Part shown: piece by piece, positions 1-9,072 of the stretch
Layout of the letters: each line of letters starts with the position of its first letter
How positions within the stretch are numbered: the stretch's first letter is position 1
From: an uncultured Desulfobacteraceae bacterium
Lineage (GTDB): Bacteria > Desulfobacterota > DSM-4660 > Desulfatiglandales > HGW-15
DNA: 64,000 nt
Assembly: GCA_964418945.1 (NCBI GenBank)
Contig: CAYQNR010000003.1
Coordinates: forward strand, 24,125-88,124
Reading direction: 5' to 3'
Made by a program: the position numbers and the translations under genes
Notes under the pieces: generated by a model
Database searches by the model: none
Seen by the model: only the letters and a program-made list of their open reading frames with translations
Told to the model about the DNA's origin: nothing

Positions 1-71
1 ATAGGCTTAAAGGTAATCGGTAAAATGTATCGGAAATCATTATTCTTAACAAGACAGGAGGTCATTACTCA

Positions 72-908
72 ATGAGAAAAGTCATAATAACGGTTTCATT
101 AACCGGCGGAGTTCAGACCAAAGCCAAGAATCCCAATCTACCGGAGCAACCGGATGAGATTGCCGAGGACGCTTATAATTGTTACAATGAGGGCGCAGCC
201 ATCGCCCATATTCATGCGCGTGATAAAGAGGGTAAACCCACCGGCGATGTGGAAGTATTCAAGGAGATACATGAGACGATTCGCGCAAAATGCAATATGA
301 TCCTTCAGGACAGCACGGGCGGCGGTCCGGGGCTTACTTTCGAACAGAGGCTCTCGTGCCTTGATGCCGCCCCTGAAATGGCGTCCTTGAACATGGGTTC
401 CATGCTGAGGACCATAGGAAAAACTGCTGGCACCACATGGGCCAATCCGCGGCATGAACTGGAAAGATTCGCACAGGAAATGGCAAAAAGGAACATCAAG
501 GCGGAGATGGAGATCTACCATCACGGCATGCTCAGGGAAATGAAGAATTTTATTGATAAAGGACTTATTCAAAAGCCTTACTATGTCAATCTGGTAATGG
601 GCATGGCCTATCAGGGCGCGGTTGACGCCACTGCGGAAAACCTGATCACCCTTACCAACCTATTGCCACCTGACACAATCTTTAATTGCTGTGCGATCGG
701 GAGAGCACAGATACCCATCACCACCCTTTCCGTGCTCCTGGGAGGCAACGCCAGGGTGGGTATGGAAGATAATATATATTATTCAAAGGGAGTACTTGCA
801 AAAAGCAACGCGCAGCTTGTGGGGAAAAGCGTCGGCATCATCAAGGAACTCGGTTATGAGATTGCTTCGCCACAGGAAGCACGTGAGATACTTGGTACCA
901 TTGCCTAG
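72..908 (+). CDS. beta-keto acid cleavage enzyme (BKACE/DUF849, 3-keto-5-aminohexanoate cleavage family)
   Basis: HIHARD Zn-binding motif, STGG, ASLNMGS, RVGMEDN and ASPQEAREILG, typical of the BKACE TIM barrel. Confidence 0.93.
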   Translation: MRKVIITVSLTGGVQTKAKNPNLPEQPDEIAEDAYNCYNEGAAIAHIHARDKEGKPTGDVEVFKEIHETIRAKCNMILQDSTGGGPGLTFEQRLSCLDAAPEMASLNMGSMLRTIGKTAGTTWANPRHELERFAQEMAKRNIKAEMEIYHHGMLREMKNFIDKGLIQKPYYVNLVMGMAYQGAVDATAENLITLTNLLPPDTIFNCCAIGRAQIPITTLSVLLGGNARVGMEDNIYYSKGVLAKSNAQLVGKSVGIIKELGYEIASPQEAREILGTIA

Positions 909-959
909 TATCTATGCGACAATAATCAATTAATCAATCTATAATAGGAGGAGATTATT

Positions 960-1847
960 ATGGCCTATATGCCTCTTGACAAAAGCAAATTGTATCTTGA
1001 CAGGAATAAGATGACAAAAATTTATGACCTCAGCCAGCCCTGGGGCGTGGACACGCCCCTGTGGCCTTTTCCCGGCCCCCGACAGGATCTTATTTTCCCC
1101 CGCGGACAGTATCTGGGTCGTTTCCACAAGCGTACCATGACCTATACCGGTACGCTCCACGCCGGCACTCATATAGATGCCCCTAACCACGTCCTGCATG
1201 AGGAGGAGGTCGACCGTGAACGAAACGGGTATTCTCTCAACGAGATTCCCCTTGAATACTGCATCGGCTCCGGCGTGATCCTGGATATGCGCCATCTGAG
1301 GGATGATTTCGAGAAGAACTTCGGTGACGGCTTCAACGGCGATCTGTGGACAATACTGATGCCCGAGGATTTCGATAAGGCCTGCAAAAAGGACGGTCTC
1401 GAGATCCGCGAGAACGACTGGGTAGTCGTCAATACAGGCTGGCACCACTACTGGAGAAAAAACAACGATAAGTACTATAACTACTATGCCGGCATGGGGC
1501 CCGAGCTCGCAAAGTGGCTCACCTATGAGAAGCACATCAAGGGTATCGGCGGTACATGGGGGGCGACCGACTCCCCTCTATGGCATTCTCCCCTCAAGGA
1601 GCAGATGCCCTGGCTTGACAAGGCGTATCGCAAGGCCACCGGTAAGGACCCGGATGTTGAGTTCCCGGATTATGAGCCCTGCCATCGCATCTACATGCAG
1701 GCCGGCGTCGTCACCGTTGAGAACGCCGGCGGCGACATCGACGATGTTACTGGCAAGCGCATGACTATCGCTGCTTTCCCGTTCCGCTGCGAGATGGCAG
1801 ACGGTGGGTTTGTGCGCCTAGTCGCCTGGGAAGAGGGATCATTCTAA
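960..1847 (+). CDS. cyclase-family metal-dependent hydrolase (kynurenine formamidase-like)
   Basis: HAGTHIDAPNH = HxGTHxDxPxH signature; N-terminal YDLS; C-terminal VEN and DGGFVR; AGGAGG RBS. Confidence 0.9.
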   Translation: MAYMPLDKSKLYLDRNKMTKIYDLSQPWGVDTPLWPFPGPRQDLIFPRGQYLGRFHKRTMTYTGTLHAGTHIDAPNHVLHEEEVDRERNGYSLNEIPLEYCIGSGVILDMRHLRDDFEKNFGDGFNGDLWTILMPEDFDKACKKDGLEIRENDWVVVNTGWHHYWRKNNDKYYNYYAGMGPELAKWLTYEKHIKGIGGTWGATDSPLWHSPLKEQMPWLDKAYRKATGKDPDVEFPDYEPCHRIYMQAGVVTVENAGGDIDDVTGKRMTIAAFPFRCEMADGGFVRLVAWEEGSF

Positions 1848-2009
1848 GCCGGCTTTCCCTTTCATTGCGAGATCCTGGAGGCCGGGTGTGTTTGACCTGT
1901 GCCTCCAGCCATAAGCCGTGTGCTGGCCGGCAAAATCTGGATGGCCTGTACAATCGGCAGATTATTCAAATAGCTTAATTATTATATAATCATATTTTCG
2001 GAGGTTGCT

Positions 2010-2768
2010 ATGTTCAGACTTGAAAATAAAATCGCTGTTGTCATAGGCGGAGCGGGTGGTATCGGTAAAGCCTGCTCAACCGCCCTGGCGCAACAGGGCG
2101 CAAAGGTAGTGGTTGCCGATATGAACCTAGAAAAAGGGAAGGAAGTCGCTGAAAAGATCAATTCGGATACGGATTCCCAAGCCGTTGCAATGCCGCTTGA
2201 TGTTGGGAAAGAGGAAAGCGTTGTAACTCTTGCGGATAATGTAATAAAGAAATACGGCACGATCGATATCCTGGTTAACTCACAGGGTATCAATGCCAAG
2301 ATGCCGGCAGTCGATATTGATATTAACACATGGGACTCTCTGTTCAATGTTAACGTAAGAGGGGTTGTCCTGCCATGTAAGATAATTGGTAAGATAATGG
2401 TAGAAAAGAAACAGGGCAAGATAATCAATCTCTCTTCGGTCCGTGGCATACGCGGGACAGACGGGGGTAACGTGACTTACGGCGCAACAAAAGGATCAGT
2501 GGACATGATTACCCGCATGCTCGCCGCGGAATGGGCTCCATACAATATCAACGTTAACGCGATCGGGCCTTCTGTTGTAATGACTGAGATGATCAAGAAG
2601 GCTATTCCACCGGAACGTTTGGAGATGCTCCTTTCCAAAACGCTTTTTAAAAGATTTGTCACACCGGAAGATGTGGCGGCTGCGTGTGTCTATCTTGCAT
2701 CCAATGAGGCGGATAACATAACCGGTCATATACTCTATGTTGACGGTGGACTTACGGCGATAGGTTAG
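2010..2768 (+). CDS. SDR-family NAD(P)-dependent oxidoreductase
   Basis: GGAGGIG nucleotide-binding motif, YGATK (YxxxK), NVNAIGP, C-terminal TGHILYVDGG. Confidence 0.95.
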   Translation: MFRLENKIAVVIGGAGGIGKACSTALAQQGAKVVVADMNLEKGKEVAEKINSDTDSQAVAMPLDVGKEESVVTLADNVIKKYGTIDILVNSQGINAKMPAVDIDINTWDSLFNVNVRGVVLPCKIIGKIMVEKKQGKIINLSSVRGIRGTDGGNVTYGATKGSVDMITRMLAAEWAPYNINVNAIGPSVVMTEMIKKAIPPERLEMLLSKTLFKRFVTPEDVAAACVYLASNEADNITGHILYVDGGLTAIG

Positions 2769-2796
2769 TGTTAATTAGCCGACTGCTGATCGCCTT

Positions 2797-2875
2797 TCGG
2801 CCCTGAGCGACGCGACATGAGCCATTCGGCCTCGAGCTCATGGCCGAGAGGCTCGTCGACATGTCTCAAGGCCGA
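2797..2875. repeat. nested imperfect palindrome (REP-like intergenic hairpin)
   Basis: Outer arms TCGGCCCTGAG / CTCAAGGCCGA; inner arms GAGCCATTCGGCC / GGCCGAGAGGCTC. Confidence 0.55.
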
Positions 2876-2957
2876 TGGGCTGACCGCTGAAAGTTTCATC
2901 CTGAGATCTCAGATTTATGGATGTAAAGCAGACAGAGAATCTTATTAGAGGATCATT

Positions 2958-3920
2958 ATGAAAATCAAAGATATAAAAAAGGTATTCATAGTCGGCGCGG
3001 GGACAATGGGCCACGGCATAGCCCAGGTATTCGCCACTGAAGGATATGATGTTTCCCTTTTTTCACGAACCCGCCAGACCCTGGACAGGGCTACATCCCT
3101 TCTGGAATCCAGCCTGGCTACCCTTACACAGGAAGGACTGGTGGATAAAGAAGATATCCCGGAAATAATGGGGCGGATCAATATGACGCAGTCCCTTGAG
3201 GAAGCGTCAGCCGATGCTGATATCGCCTTTGAAACGGTTGTGGAAAACAGGGAAGCAAAGACGGATATATTCAATAAGCTGGATCAGCTATGTCCTGAAA
3301 GGACTCTCCTTGCCAGCAACACAACGGCACTCAATATCTTTGATTTCGTGAAGACCTCCAGACCGGATAAGGTCCTTATAGGCCATTGGTATACACCTCC
3401 CCAATTGATACCTCTGGTGGATATTGTTAAGGGACCGGAGACCAGCGATGAGTCTGTTATGTTAATGGCAGAATTGATCAAACAGGTAGGGAAAACCCCG
3501 CTTCTTATGAAAAAATTCAGTTCAGGCTATGTTGTTCCACGCATCCAGATCGCCACCCTCCGCGAGATATTCTACCTCCTGGATAATGATATTGTTACCC
3601 CGGAGGGCTTAGATGAAGCAGCCAAAACCGGTCTTGCACTGCGCATGATGGTACTGGGGCTCGTACAGCGCATGGATTTCGGGGGCCTTGATCTGACCTA
3701 TAAAAGTGTAAATAATCCCTATGTTCAGAGCACCCTGACGCCTCTTGATTATAAGCCAAAAAAACTGGAAGAACTGGTGAAAGCGGGCCACCTGGGAGTA
3801 AAAACTGGCAAGGGTTTTTACGACTACGGAGGTCGAAGTGAAGCGGAACTTTGTGAGGAACGAGATATAAAATTGATCAGAATGCTTAAGGCCTTTAAGG
3901 CCACGGAAAAGGACAAATAA
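2958..3920 (+). CDS. 3-hydroxyacyl-CoA dehydrogenase family protein
   Basis: GAGTMGHGIA, ETVVE, ASNT, H..P..L.PLV(D), GVKTGKGFYDY. Confidence 0.93.
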   Translation: MKIKDIKKVFIVGAGTMGHGIAQVFATEGYDVSLFSRTRQTLDRATSLLESSLATLTQEGLVDKEDIPEIMGRINMTQSLEEASADADIAFETVVENREAKTDIFNKLDQLCPERTLLASNTTALNIFDFVKTSRPDKVLIGHWYTPPQLIPLVDIVKGPETSDESVMLMAELIKQVGKTPLLMKKFSSGYVVPRIQIATLREIFYLLDNDIVTPEGLDEAAKTGLALRMMVLGLVQRMDFGGLDLTYKSVNNPYVQSTLTPLDYKPKKLEELVKAGHLGVKTGKGFYDYGGRSEAELCEERDIKLIRMLKAFKATEKDK

Positions 3921-3931
3921 CAAAATAGAGG

Positions 3932-6520
3932 ATGAACAATAAAGCCCCCCGCGATACCAACGGTGAAAAAAAGATAATTAGAGGGCTGGGATTCTGTTCC
4001 ACTACCGCCGATAGTAACAGCGTTCAGGTGGAAGTAAGCGACGGTAAAATTGTCAGAATAAGGCCCCTGCATTACGATTGGGAATATAAAGATCTCAAGC
4101 CCTGGAAGATGAAGGCCAGGGGCAAGATCTTCCAGCCTCCCATGAAAACCCTCATTCCCCCATTCAGCCTAGGATACAAAAACCGCGTCTATTCCCCCAA
4201 TAGGATTCTCTATCCCATGAAAAGGGTGGACTGGGATCCTGACGGAGAAAGGAACCCCCAAAACAGGGGAGTCAGTAAATATGTCCGTATATCCTGGGAT
4301 GAGGCTATTGATATTATAGTCAAGGAAATAGAGAGGATAAAAAAACAATACGGCATGGAGGCCATACTCTCCCAATCCGACGGGCACGGGGAGACATATT
4401 GCGTGCACGCCGCTCATGGAACCCATAGAAGACTGCTCAGTCTTCTGGGCGGCTATACCCTTCAGACCAGGAACACGGACAGCTGGGAAGGCTGGTACTG
4501 GGGCGCCAAGCATGTATGGGGCTGTGAGACAAACGGGTTTATGGATCCCGTGACCAATGTTGTCTGGGATGTCTCCAAGAATTCAGACGCTGTTTTCTTC
4601 TGGGGCTGTGACCCCGAGACTACCCCATGGGCATTTGACGGACAACTGGCCAGCCGTTTATGCTATTGGTTTACGGATATAGGAATTAAGTCGGTCTACG
4701 TGTGCCCTGATCTCAACTACGGGGCAGCGGTTCATGCGGATAAATGGATCCCTATCCGGCCTAACACCGATGCCGCCCTTTATCTGGCGATTGCCTACAT
4801 GTGGATAACCGAGGGGTCCTATGACCAGGAGTACTTGAAAACCCATGCCGTAGGCTTTGAAAAATTTAAGGAATATATCCTGGGGATCGAGGACGGCACC
4901 CCTAAAACACCAAAATGGGCCGCAGACATAGCCGGGGTTCCATCATATACCATAAAGGCCCTGGCCAGGTACTGGGCCAGACACAGGGTGAGTATCGCCA
5001 TCGGTAATGGGGGACCCGGAATCAGGGGGCCCTATTCAACGGAACCTGCCAGGCTGCAGGTCTTGCTGCTCGCCATGCAGGGCTTAGGCAAACCCGGAGT
5101 CCATCAATTTAAAATGCTCGAATGGGGGTTATATAGTCAAAAGAGGAAAAATCCCCTTCCCTGGCCTAAATATATCCCTGACATACACAACATTCAGCGA
5201 GGCTGGAAATATACCGATACCCCACGTCAATTTATCCCCAAGAATCTGATACATGATGCTATATTGCGCCCTCCCATAACATGGTACGGGACCACGCTTT
5301 CCCGTGATTATACCGAACAACAATTTATCCAATACCGTTTTCCTTTGGAGGATGCCCCCGAGATACATATGATATGGACCGACAGTCCTTCCTGGGTAAC
5401 CTGCTGGAACAATACCAACGATTTTGCTCAGGCCATCAGGAGCCCCAAGATCGAATTCATGCTTGCCCAGCACCCATGGTTCGAGAACGACTGTCAGATG
5501 GCGGACATCATCCTCCCCACCCCTACGGTAATGGAATGTGATGATTTCGGTGTGGAGGCCATGAGCGGGCAGTTTTGCGCTGTTTTCCCCGAACCCCGGG
5601 CCATCGAACCCCTGGGAGAATCTAAAAGCCATTATGAAATCGCCTGCATGATCGCCGAAAGATTCGACCTGCTGGAAGAATATACGGAAGGCAAAGGCGT
5701 GGAAGAATGGATCAAGACAGCCTATGAAAACTGTGGCGCATCCTCTGATATAAGCTGGGAACAATTACAGGATAAAGGTTATTATGTAGTCCCTCCTGAT
5801 GAGAACTGGGAGATGTACGAACCAGGTCTTTCATCGTTTTATCAGGATCCGGAAAAGAATCCCCTTAGCACGCCCAGCGGGAAGATAGAGTTTTATTCCG
5901 AAAGATTGGCCGAAAAATTCCCGGGTGATAAGGAACGTCCCCCTGTGCCCCACTGGATATCTCAAGGCGAGCATCACCAGGAAACGCTTTCATGCAAGAG
6001 GGCTGAAACCTATCCACTACTCGTGGTTTCTAACCATCCCAGATGGAGGACCCATTCACAGCATGATGATATGACATGGCTCCGGGAAATACATACATGC
6101 AAGGTTAAGGGGCCCGACGGGTACCTCTACGAGCCGGTATGGCTTAACCCGGCAGATGCCCGCCCCAGAGATATAAAAGACGGGGATATAATAAAGATAT
6201 TCAATGATAGAGGCGCTCTTCTGGCCGGTGTATGGCTAACTGAAAGGATCAGGCCCGGGGTAATATATATAAACCACGGCGCGCGCTGGGATCCTATCGT
6301 CCCCGGCGAACTTGACAGAGGCGGGAGTATTAACACCATAACCCCCCACAAGACCACATCAAAGAACGCAACCGGCATGGTATCCAGCGGCTTCCTCGTA
6401 GATATCGCTGTGGCGGACTTAGATGAGATCAGGAAACAGCATCCGGAGCCTTTCCGCAGGCCGTATCACCAAGGAGCGGGTCTCAAGGTGGACCGCATGC
6501 TGATGCACGATGAATCGTAA
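3932..6520 (+). CDS. Mo-bisPGD oxidoreductase large subunit, pyrogallol transhydroxylase (AthL)-like
   Basis: ARGKIFQPP.KT, RILYPMKRVDWDPDGERNPQNRG, RISWDEA, DSWEGWYWG (Ser Mo ligand), ADIILP, TPSGKIEF, SNHPRWRTHSQ; no Tat signal and no N-terminal Fe-S motif. Confidence 0.85.
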   Translation: MNNKAPRDTNGEKKIIRGLGFCSTTADSNSVQVEVSDGKIVRIRPLHYDWEYKDLKPWKMKARGKIFQPPMKTLIPPFSLGYKNRVYSPNRILYPMKRVDWDPDGERNPQNRGVSKYVRISWDEAIDIIVKEIERIKKQYGMEAILSQSDGHGETYCVHAAHGTHRRLLSLLGGYTLQTRNTDSWEGWYWGAKHVWGCETNGFMDPVTNVVWDVSKNSDAVFFWGCDPETTPWAFDGQLASRLCYWFTDIGIKSVYVCPDLNYGAAVHADKWIPIRPNTDAALYLAIAYMWITEGSYDQEYLKTHAVGFEKFKEYILGIEDGTPKTPKWAADIAGVPSYTIKALARYWARHRVSIAIGNGGPGIRGPYSTEPARLQVLLLAMQGLGKPGVHQFKMLEWGLYSQKRKNPLPWPKYIPDIHNIQRGWKYTDTPRQFIPKNLIHDAILRPPITWYGTTLSRDYTEQQFIQYRFPLEDAPEIHMIWTDSPSWVTCWNNTNDFAQAIRSPKIEFMLAQHPWFENDCQMADIILPTPTVMECDDFGVEAMSGQFCAVFPEPRAIEPLGESKSHYEIACMIAERFDLLEEYTEGKGVEEWIKTAYENCGASSDISWEQLQDKGYYVVPPDENWEMYEPGLSSFYQDPEKNPLSTPSGKIEFYSERLAEKFPGDKERPPVPHWISQGEHHQETLSCKRAETYPLLVVSNHPRWRTHSQHDDMTWLREIHTCKVKGPDGYLYEPVWLNPADARPRDIKDGDIIKIFNDRGALLAGVWLTERIRPGVIYINHGARWDPIVPGELDRGGSINTITPHKTTSKNATGMVSSGFLVDIAVADLDEIRKQHPEPFRRPYHQGAGLKVDRMLMHDES

Positions 6521-7344
6521 TGGGCAAAGTCTTAATCATAGATCTTACCAAGTGCAATGGATGTCATAACTGCCAGATAGCCTGCAAGGATGAACATGTG
6601 GGCAATGATTGGTCTCCCATTGCCGCACCGGAGCCCTTAACCGGGCAATTCTGGGTCAAGGTCTCTGACACAGTCAGAGGATCCTTTCCCAAAGTCAAGG
6701 TGGCTTATCTCCTTACCATCTGCCAGCATTGTGATAATGCCCCATGCATAGACGCCTGCCCGAATGGGGCCATATATAAAAGATCCGACGGCATAGTGAT
6801 AATTGATCCTGAAAAATGTAAAGGGAGTAAGAATTGCATTGAGGCTTGCCCTTATGAAGGCGTGATTTATTTTAATGAGGATCTCAACATAGCACAGAAA
6901 TGCACCTTCTGTGCGCACCTTATTGATAAAGGCTGGGAAGAGACCAGATGCTCCGATGCCTGTCCCACGGGCGCCCTGACCTTTGGCGAAGAGGATGAAC
7001 TGGAAGATCTGATTGCCGAGGCCGAAACACTCAAGCCTGAATTGGGAACAAGGCCCAGAGTCTATTACAAAGGCCTGCCCAAGAGATTTATCGCGGGAAC
7101 CGTCTTTGATCCCAAAGCCGATGAGGTGCTGATAGACGCGGAAGTTGATATTCTCAATATTTCCAACGGGAAACACACATCGGCACGTACCGATGATTTC
7201 GGTGACTTCTGGGTGGATGGATTACTCCCGGACAGATATACCGTTATTATCAGAAAAAGCGGCTATTCTGAAAAAAGGTTGGACACTGACATTACCGGCA
7301 AAGATGTCAACCTCGGCGATATAGCCATGCACGGCGAGTTATGA
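6520..7344 (+). CDS. 4Fe-4S small subunit (DmsB/AthS-like) with C-terminal beta-sandwich domain
   Basis: CxxCxxCxxxC, CxxCxxxxCxxxC, CxxSxxCxxxC, CxxC..CxxxC; ELGTRPRVYY and TDDFGDF tail as in transhydroxylase beta subunits; start overlaps the upstream stop. Confidence 0.88.
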   Translation: MGKVLIIDLTKCNGCHNCQIACKDEHVGNDWSPIAAPEPLTGQFWVKVSDTVRGSFPKVKVAYLLTICQHCDNAPCIDACPNGAIYKRSDGIVIIDPEKCKGSKNCIEACPYEGVIYFNEDLNIAQKCTFCAHLIDKGWEETRCSDACPTGALTFGEEDELEDLIAEAETLKPELGTRPRVYYKGLPKRFIAGTVFDPKADEVLIDAEVDILNISNGKHTSARTDDFGDFWVDGLLPDRYTVIIRKSGYSEKRLDTDITGKDVNLGDIAMHGEL

Positions 7345-7649
7345 GGATAATAGTAAATATACACTCGGACCTGGCCGCCCAAATAGCAGGATGGAGGGCC
7401 AAGGCGGTTCAGGTTAATGATAAAAGGGAAGCTGAACTGGAGGAAGCGCTTAAAGCGGTCGCGCTTGCGGATGGGGGCAATCTGTATGACTACATCACCA
7501 ACGAAGATCGTTTAAGCTGTGATTGGCTATTATTCGTGAACGGAATCCGTATTCCTGTCAATTCCGCCCTTAAAAGAACAATTAAGGATAATGTCCAGAT
7601 CCACTTAATCGATAATCCGCAAATCACCCCTCTGCCTTCGGCGGGGTGA
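7341..7649 (+). CDS. MoaD/ThiS-like ubiquitin-fold protein (atypical C-terminus)
   Basis: Size about 100 aa, LFVNG..I....L....IKDNVQIHLI pattern, ends SAG; overlaps the upstream stop. Confidence 0.55.
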   Translation: MRIIVNIHSDLAAQIAGWRAKAVQVNDKREAELEEALKAVALADGGNLYDYITNEDRLSCDWLLFVNGIRIPVNSALKRTIKDNVQIHLIDNPQITPLPSAG

Positions 7650-7672
7650 GTTATTATCTGCTTGATATTGTT

Positions 7673-7809
7673 TTAAAGATACATGCCCCTATCAACAACC
7701 AATGCCGGTCCTGCTATGTGCCTTGAATCAGGGCTTTCCGGGATAATGACCGCTCCTAATCCCCTATTCGCACCTGTTATAATCGCGGCTTTTCCTTTGG
7801 TCTGTCCAT
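7673..7809 (-). pseudogene. internally deleted SDR remnant
   Basis: Minus strand reads MDR, then a frameshift, KGKAAIITGANRGLG joined to ESPDSRHIAGPALVVDRGMYL*, i.e. the N- and C-terminal SDR motifs with the middle missing. Confidence 0.65.
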
Positions 7810-8044
7810 TCCCATCCTTGGCGTTCACCTGAGTTTAGCCCGGCACGTAATAGTCAAATTACCAAAGCCTGTCTAACCAAAATTGATAATTACTTGATTT
7901 TTTTCTTGTTTTTTGTAATCTGTAATGAATTGCCTATGTTCATAAGTTATGGCATATTATGTTTCCATTGGAACATCATGCTGGAGGGGTGGTAGACATT
8001 CCGGAAAGCAAGATTACAAGACATTATTAAGATCCTGTTTTGTT

Positions 8045-8749
8045 ATGGAACAAAAAGGCTATTTAAACAAGAACGATAGCAAAAACCGCCTGAAAGCAAT
8101 TACCGCAGAATCACGGATCCTGCTTGTGGGATTGACCGGTGGGATCGCCACCGGCAAAAGCACGATCGCAAACATGCTGGAAAAGATGGGGGCCCATACT
8201 ATTGATTTTGATCTCCTGGCAAGGCGTGTGGTTGAAACTGGAAGACCTGCCCGGAAAGCAATAACCGATTATTTCGGCGAGCAGATCCTTCAAAACAACG
8301 GTGAAATTGACCGTAAAATGCTTTCACAGATCGTGTTCAGGGACAGCAAAAAAAGGGAAAAACTTGAGAACTTCACATATCCCCACATAGCCGTGGAGTT
8401 TATCGACCAGGTATATGAGATCGCATCCAATTATCCCGAGGGGATCATTCAAGCGGTTGTCCCCTTGCTTCTGGAGGCAGGGATGCAGGACCAGTTGCAT
8501 AAAACAGTTCTTGTTTACGCACCCAGGGAAAAACAAATTGAACGGCTGATTAATCGGGACGGCATCAGCTTCGAACATGCTGTGAATATTCTCCATTCCC
8601 AAATGGACATCGATGAGAAGACCGGGGCAGCAGATTTTGTGATATATAACGATAAATCCCTTGAAGAGACAAAAACACAGGTAAACGAGTTGTGGGATAA
8701 GCTGAAAGATCTGCAAAACATGAAGCATGGGACAACAGCAAGGCGTTAA
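8045..8749 (+). CDS. coaE: dephospho-CoA kinase
   Basis: VGLTGGIATGKST P-loop, IDFDLLAR, IDRKML..IVF, VPLLLE, SQM; start ATG 8045 preferred over 7949. Confidence 0.93.
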   Translation: MEQKGYLNKNDSKNRLKAITAESRILLVGLTGGIATGKSTIANMLEKMGAHTIDFDLLARRVVETGRPARKAITDYFGEQILQNNGEIDRKMLSQIVFRDSKKREKLENFTYPHIAVEFIDQVYEIASNYPEGIIQAVVPLLLEAGMQDQLHKTVLVYAPREKQIERLINRDGISFEHAVNILHSQMDIDEKTGAADFVIYNDKSLEETKTQVNELWDKLKDLQNMKHGTTARR

Positions 8750-8824
8750 AGACTAGCTGCCGCATACCCCCGTCCCTGCTAAGGTATGCATGATGCCTGA
8801 TGGCTGAGCAGGGGATTATGACCC

Positions 8825-8853
8825 TTGACAGTAATAACGTGAGATTCTAATAT
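8825..8853 (+). promoter_or_regulatory. sigma70-type promoter upstream of tRNA-His/selA
   Basis: TTGACA (8825-8830), 17-bp spacer, TAATAT (8848-8853). Confidence 0.5.
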
Positions 8854-8922
8854 TATATTCTTTCCTGCTCATGCGAGAGGGAGGTTTAAGCCGAGGATAA
8901 CAGGGGTTGCTGTAAATGATGA

Positions 8923-8999
8923 TGGGGTGAGTGATGGGACTTGAACCCACGACCGCTGGGGCCACAACCCAGTGCTCTTCCGACTGAGCTACACTCACC
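8923..8999 (-). tRNA. tRNA-His (GTG)
   Basis: Reverse complement GGTGAGTGTAGCTCAGTCGGAAGAGCACTGGGTTGTGGCCCCAGCGGTCGTGGGTTCAAGTCCCATCACTCACCCCA: cloverleaf, GTG anticodon, G-1, C discriminator, encoded CCA. Confidence 0.97.
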
Positions 9000-9072
9000 A
9001 CAGTATACGGTATATATTTAACATTCTTAAGACATTTTGCAACCATAAAATATACAAATTAGGAAAAAAGTC

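Noticed and set aside
7647-7675. Sec read-through of the MoaD-like stop codon
   Set aside because: No convincing SECIS hairpin and the extension (VIICLILF*) is not meaningful
8923-8999. tRNA integration site of a genomic island
   Set aside because: No integrase nearby and I did not notice a duplicated tRNA 3' end in the window
8816-9046. 76-aa minus-strand ORF
   Set aside because: It reads through the tRNA-His gene
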